A DNA stretch of 32,000 bases from Xanthobacteraceae bacterium (GTDB lineage Bacteria > Pseudomonadota > Alphaproteobacteria > Rhizobiales > Xanthobacteraceae). Made by a program: the position numbers and the translations under genes. Under the pieces are notes generated by a model that made no database searches, was not told the origin of the DNA, and was given only the letters and a program-made list of their open reading frames with translations. Positions 31,752-32,000 of the stretch are shown here, in pieces. Within the stretch, counting starts at the first letter, position 1, and each line of letters begins with the position of its first letter. The stretch spans positions 120,424 through 152,423 of the forward strand of contig DATGIF010000027.1 in NCBI GenBank assembly GCA_035295845.1. Reading direction: 5' to 3'.

Positions 31752-32000
31752 ATGGCCCGCTCCCTGGAATCGCCCCGCCACGAAGCCCTGCGCGCTTTCC
31801 TCGTCGAACGGCGCCACAAGGCCGGCTTGCGCCAGGTCGACGTCGCCAAGCGGCTGCGCCGCCCGCAGTCCTACGTGACCTACGTCGAGACCGGCCAGAA
31901 GATCGTCGATGTCATCGAATTGCTGGAATGGGCCGACGCCATCGGCTTCGACCCGCGCGACGCGATCAAGCGGCTGGCGAAATTGCCAAGGGCGAAATAA
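31752..32000 (+). CDS. XRE-family helix-turn-helix transcriptional regulator (82 aa)
   Basis: GGGAGG RBS and ATG 31752. The HTH is LRQVDVAKRLRRPQSYVTYVETGQKIVDVIELLEW. The stop codon TAA is at the last three bases of the window. Confidence 0.8.
   Translation: MARSLESPRHEALRAFLVERRHKAGLRQVDVAKRLRRPQSYVTYVETGQKIVDVIELLEWADAIGFDPRDAIKRLAKLPRAK

Noticed and set aside
1-32000. CRISPR arrays, tRNA/rRNA genes, IS elements, integrases, prophage genes
   Set aside because: I saw no regularly spaced direct repeats, no cloverleaf-like or rRNA-like segments, and no transposase or integrase-like ORFs. This rests on visual inspection, so tRNAscan, Infernal or ISfinder runs could still overturn it.

Overview
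High-GC (about 65-70%) chromosomal segment. The protein families and the GC-rich REP-type palindromes suggest an alphaproteobacterium of the Hyphomicrobiales/Bradyrhizobiaceae type; this taxonomic placement is inference. I support about 30 protein-coding genes. I saw no rRNA, tRNA, CRISPR array, transposase or integrase.

Left third: three ethylmalonyl-CoA (EMC) pathway genes, namely a partial mcd-like acyl-CoA dehydrogenase, ccr and ecm. They are interleaved with a chemoreceptor, a YihY-family membrane protein, a small periplasmic Cys-containing protein and a tandem pair of GT87/DUF2029 membrane glycosyltransferase paralogs.

Middle: a sensor-less hybrid histidine kinase, gluQ, an AlkA-type glycosylase, a carboxylesterase and an orphan TadG-like protein. 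These are followed by small stress-type genes and an ECF sigma factor with a DUF4142-cupredoxin operon.

Right third: an HNH endonuclease, a UbiD-decarboxylase/LLM-oxidoreductase operon, a GST, an SDR, a GH15 hydrolase and an orphan molybdopterin (XDH-family) large subunit. A PRC-barrel / DUF982-like / CsbD stress islet and an XRE regulator close the window.

Most interesting signals read directly from the sequence:
1. A 29-nt ECF-type promoter, GGAACCTTT-N13-CATCYAAT, occurs in front of the sigma gene and again in front of the DUF4142-cupredoxin operon. No anti-sigma gene is present.
2. A related palindrome with a TGC-N3-GCA core lies upstream of all three EMC genes.
3. A 32-nt box lies at about the same distance upstream of the GST gene and of the UbiD/LLM operon.
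4. GGAAC-N16/17-(C/T)GTT general-stress-type promoters precede three small stress genes.
5. A zinc-ribbon gene and a coiled-coil gene overlap by 10 nt.

Many long ORFs in the supplied track are antisense or read-through artefacts of the GC bias and were rejected.
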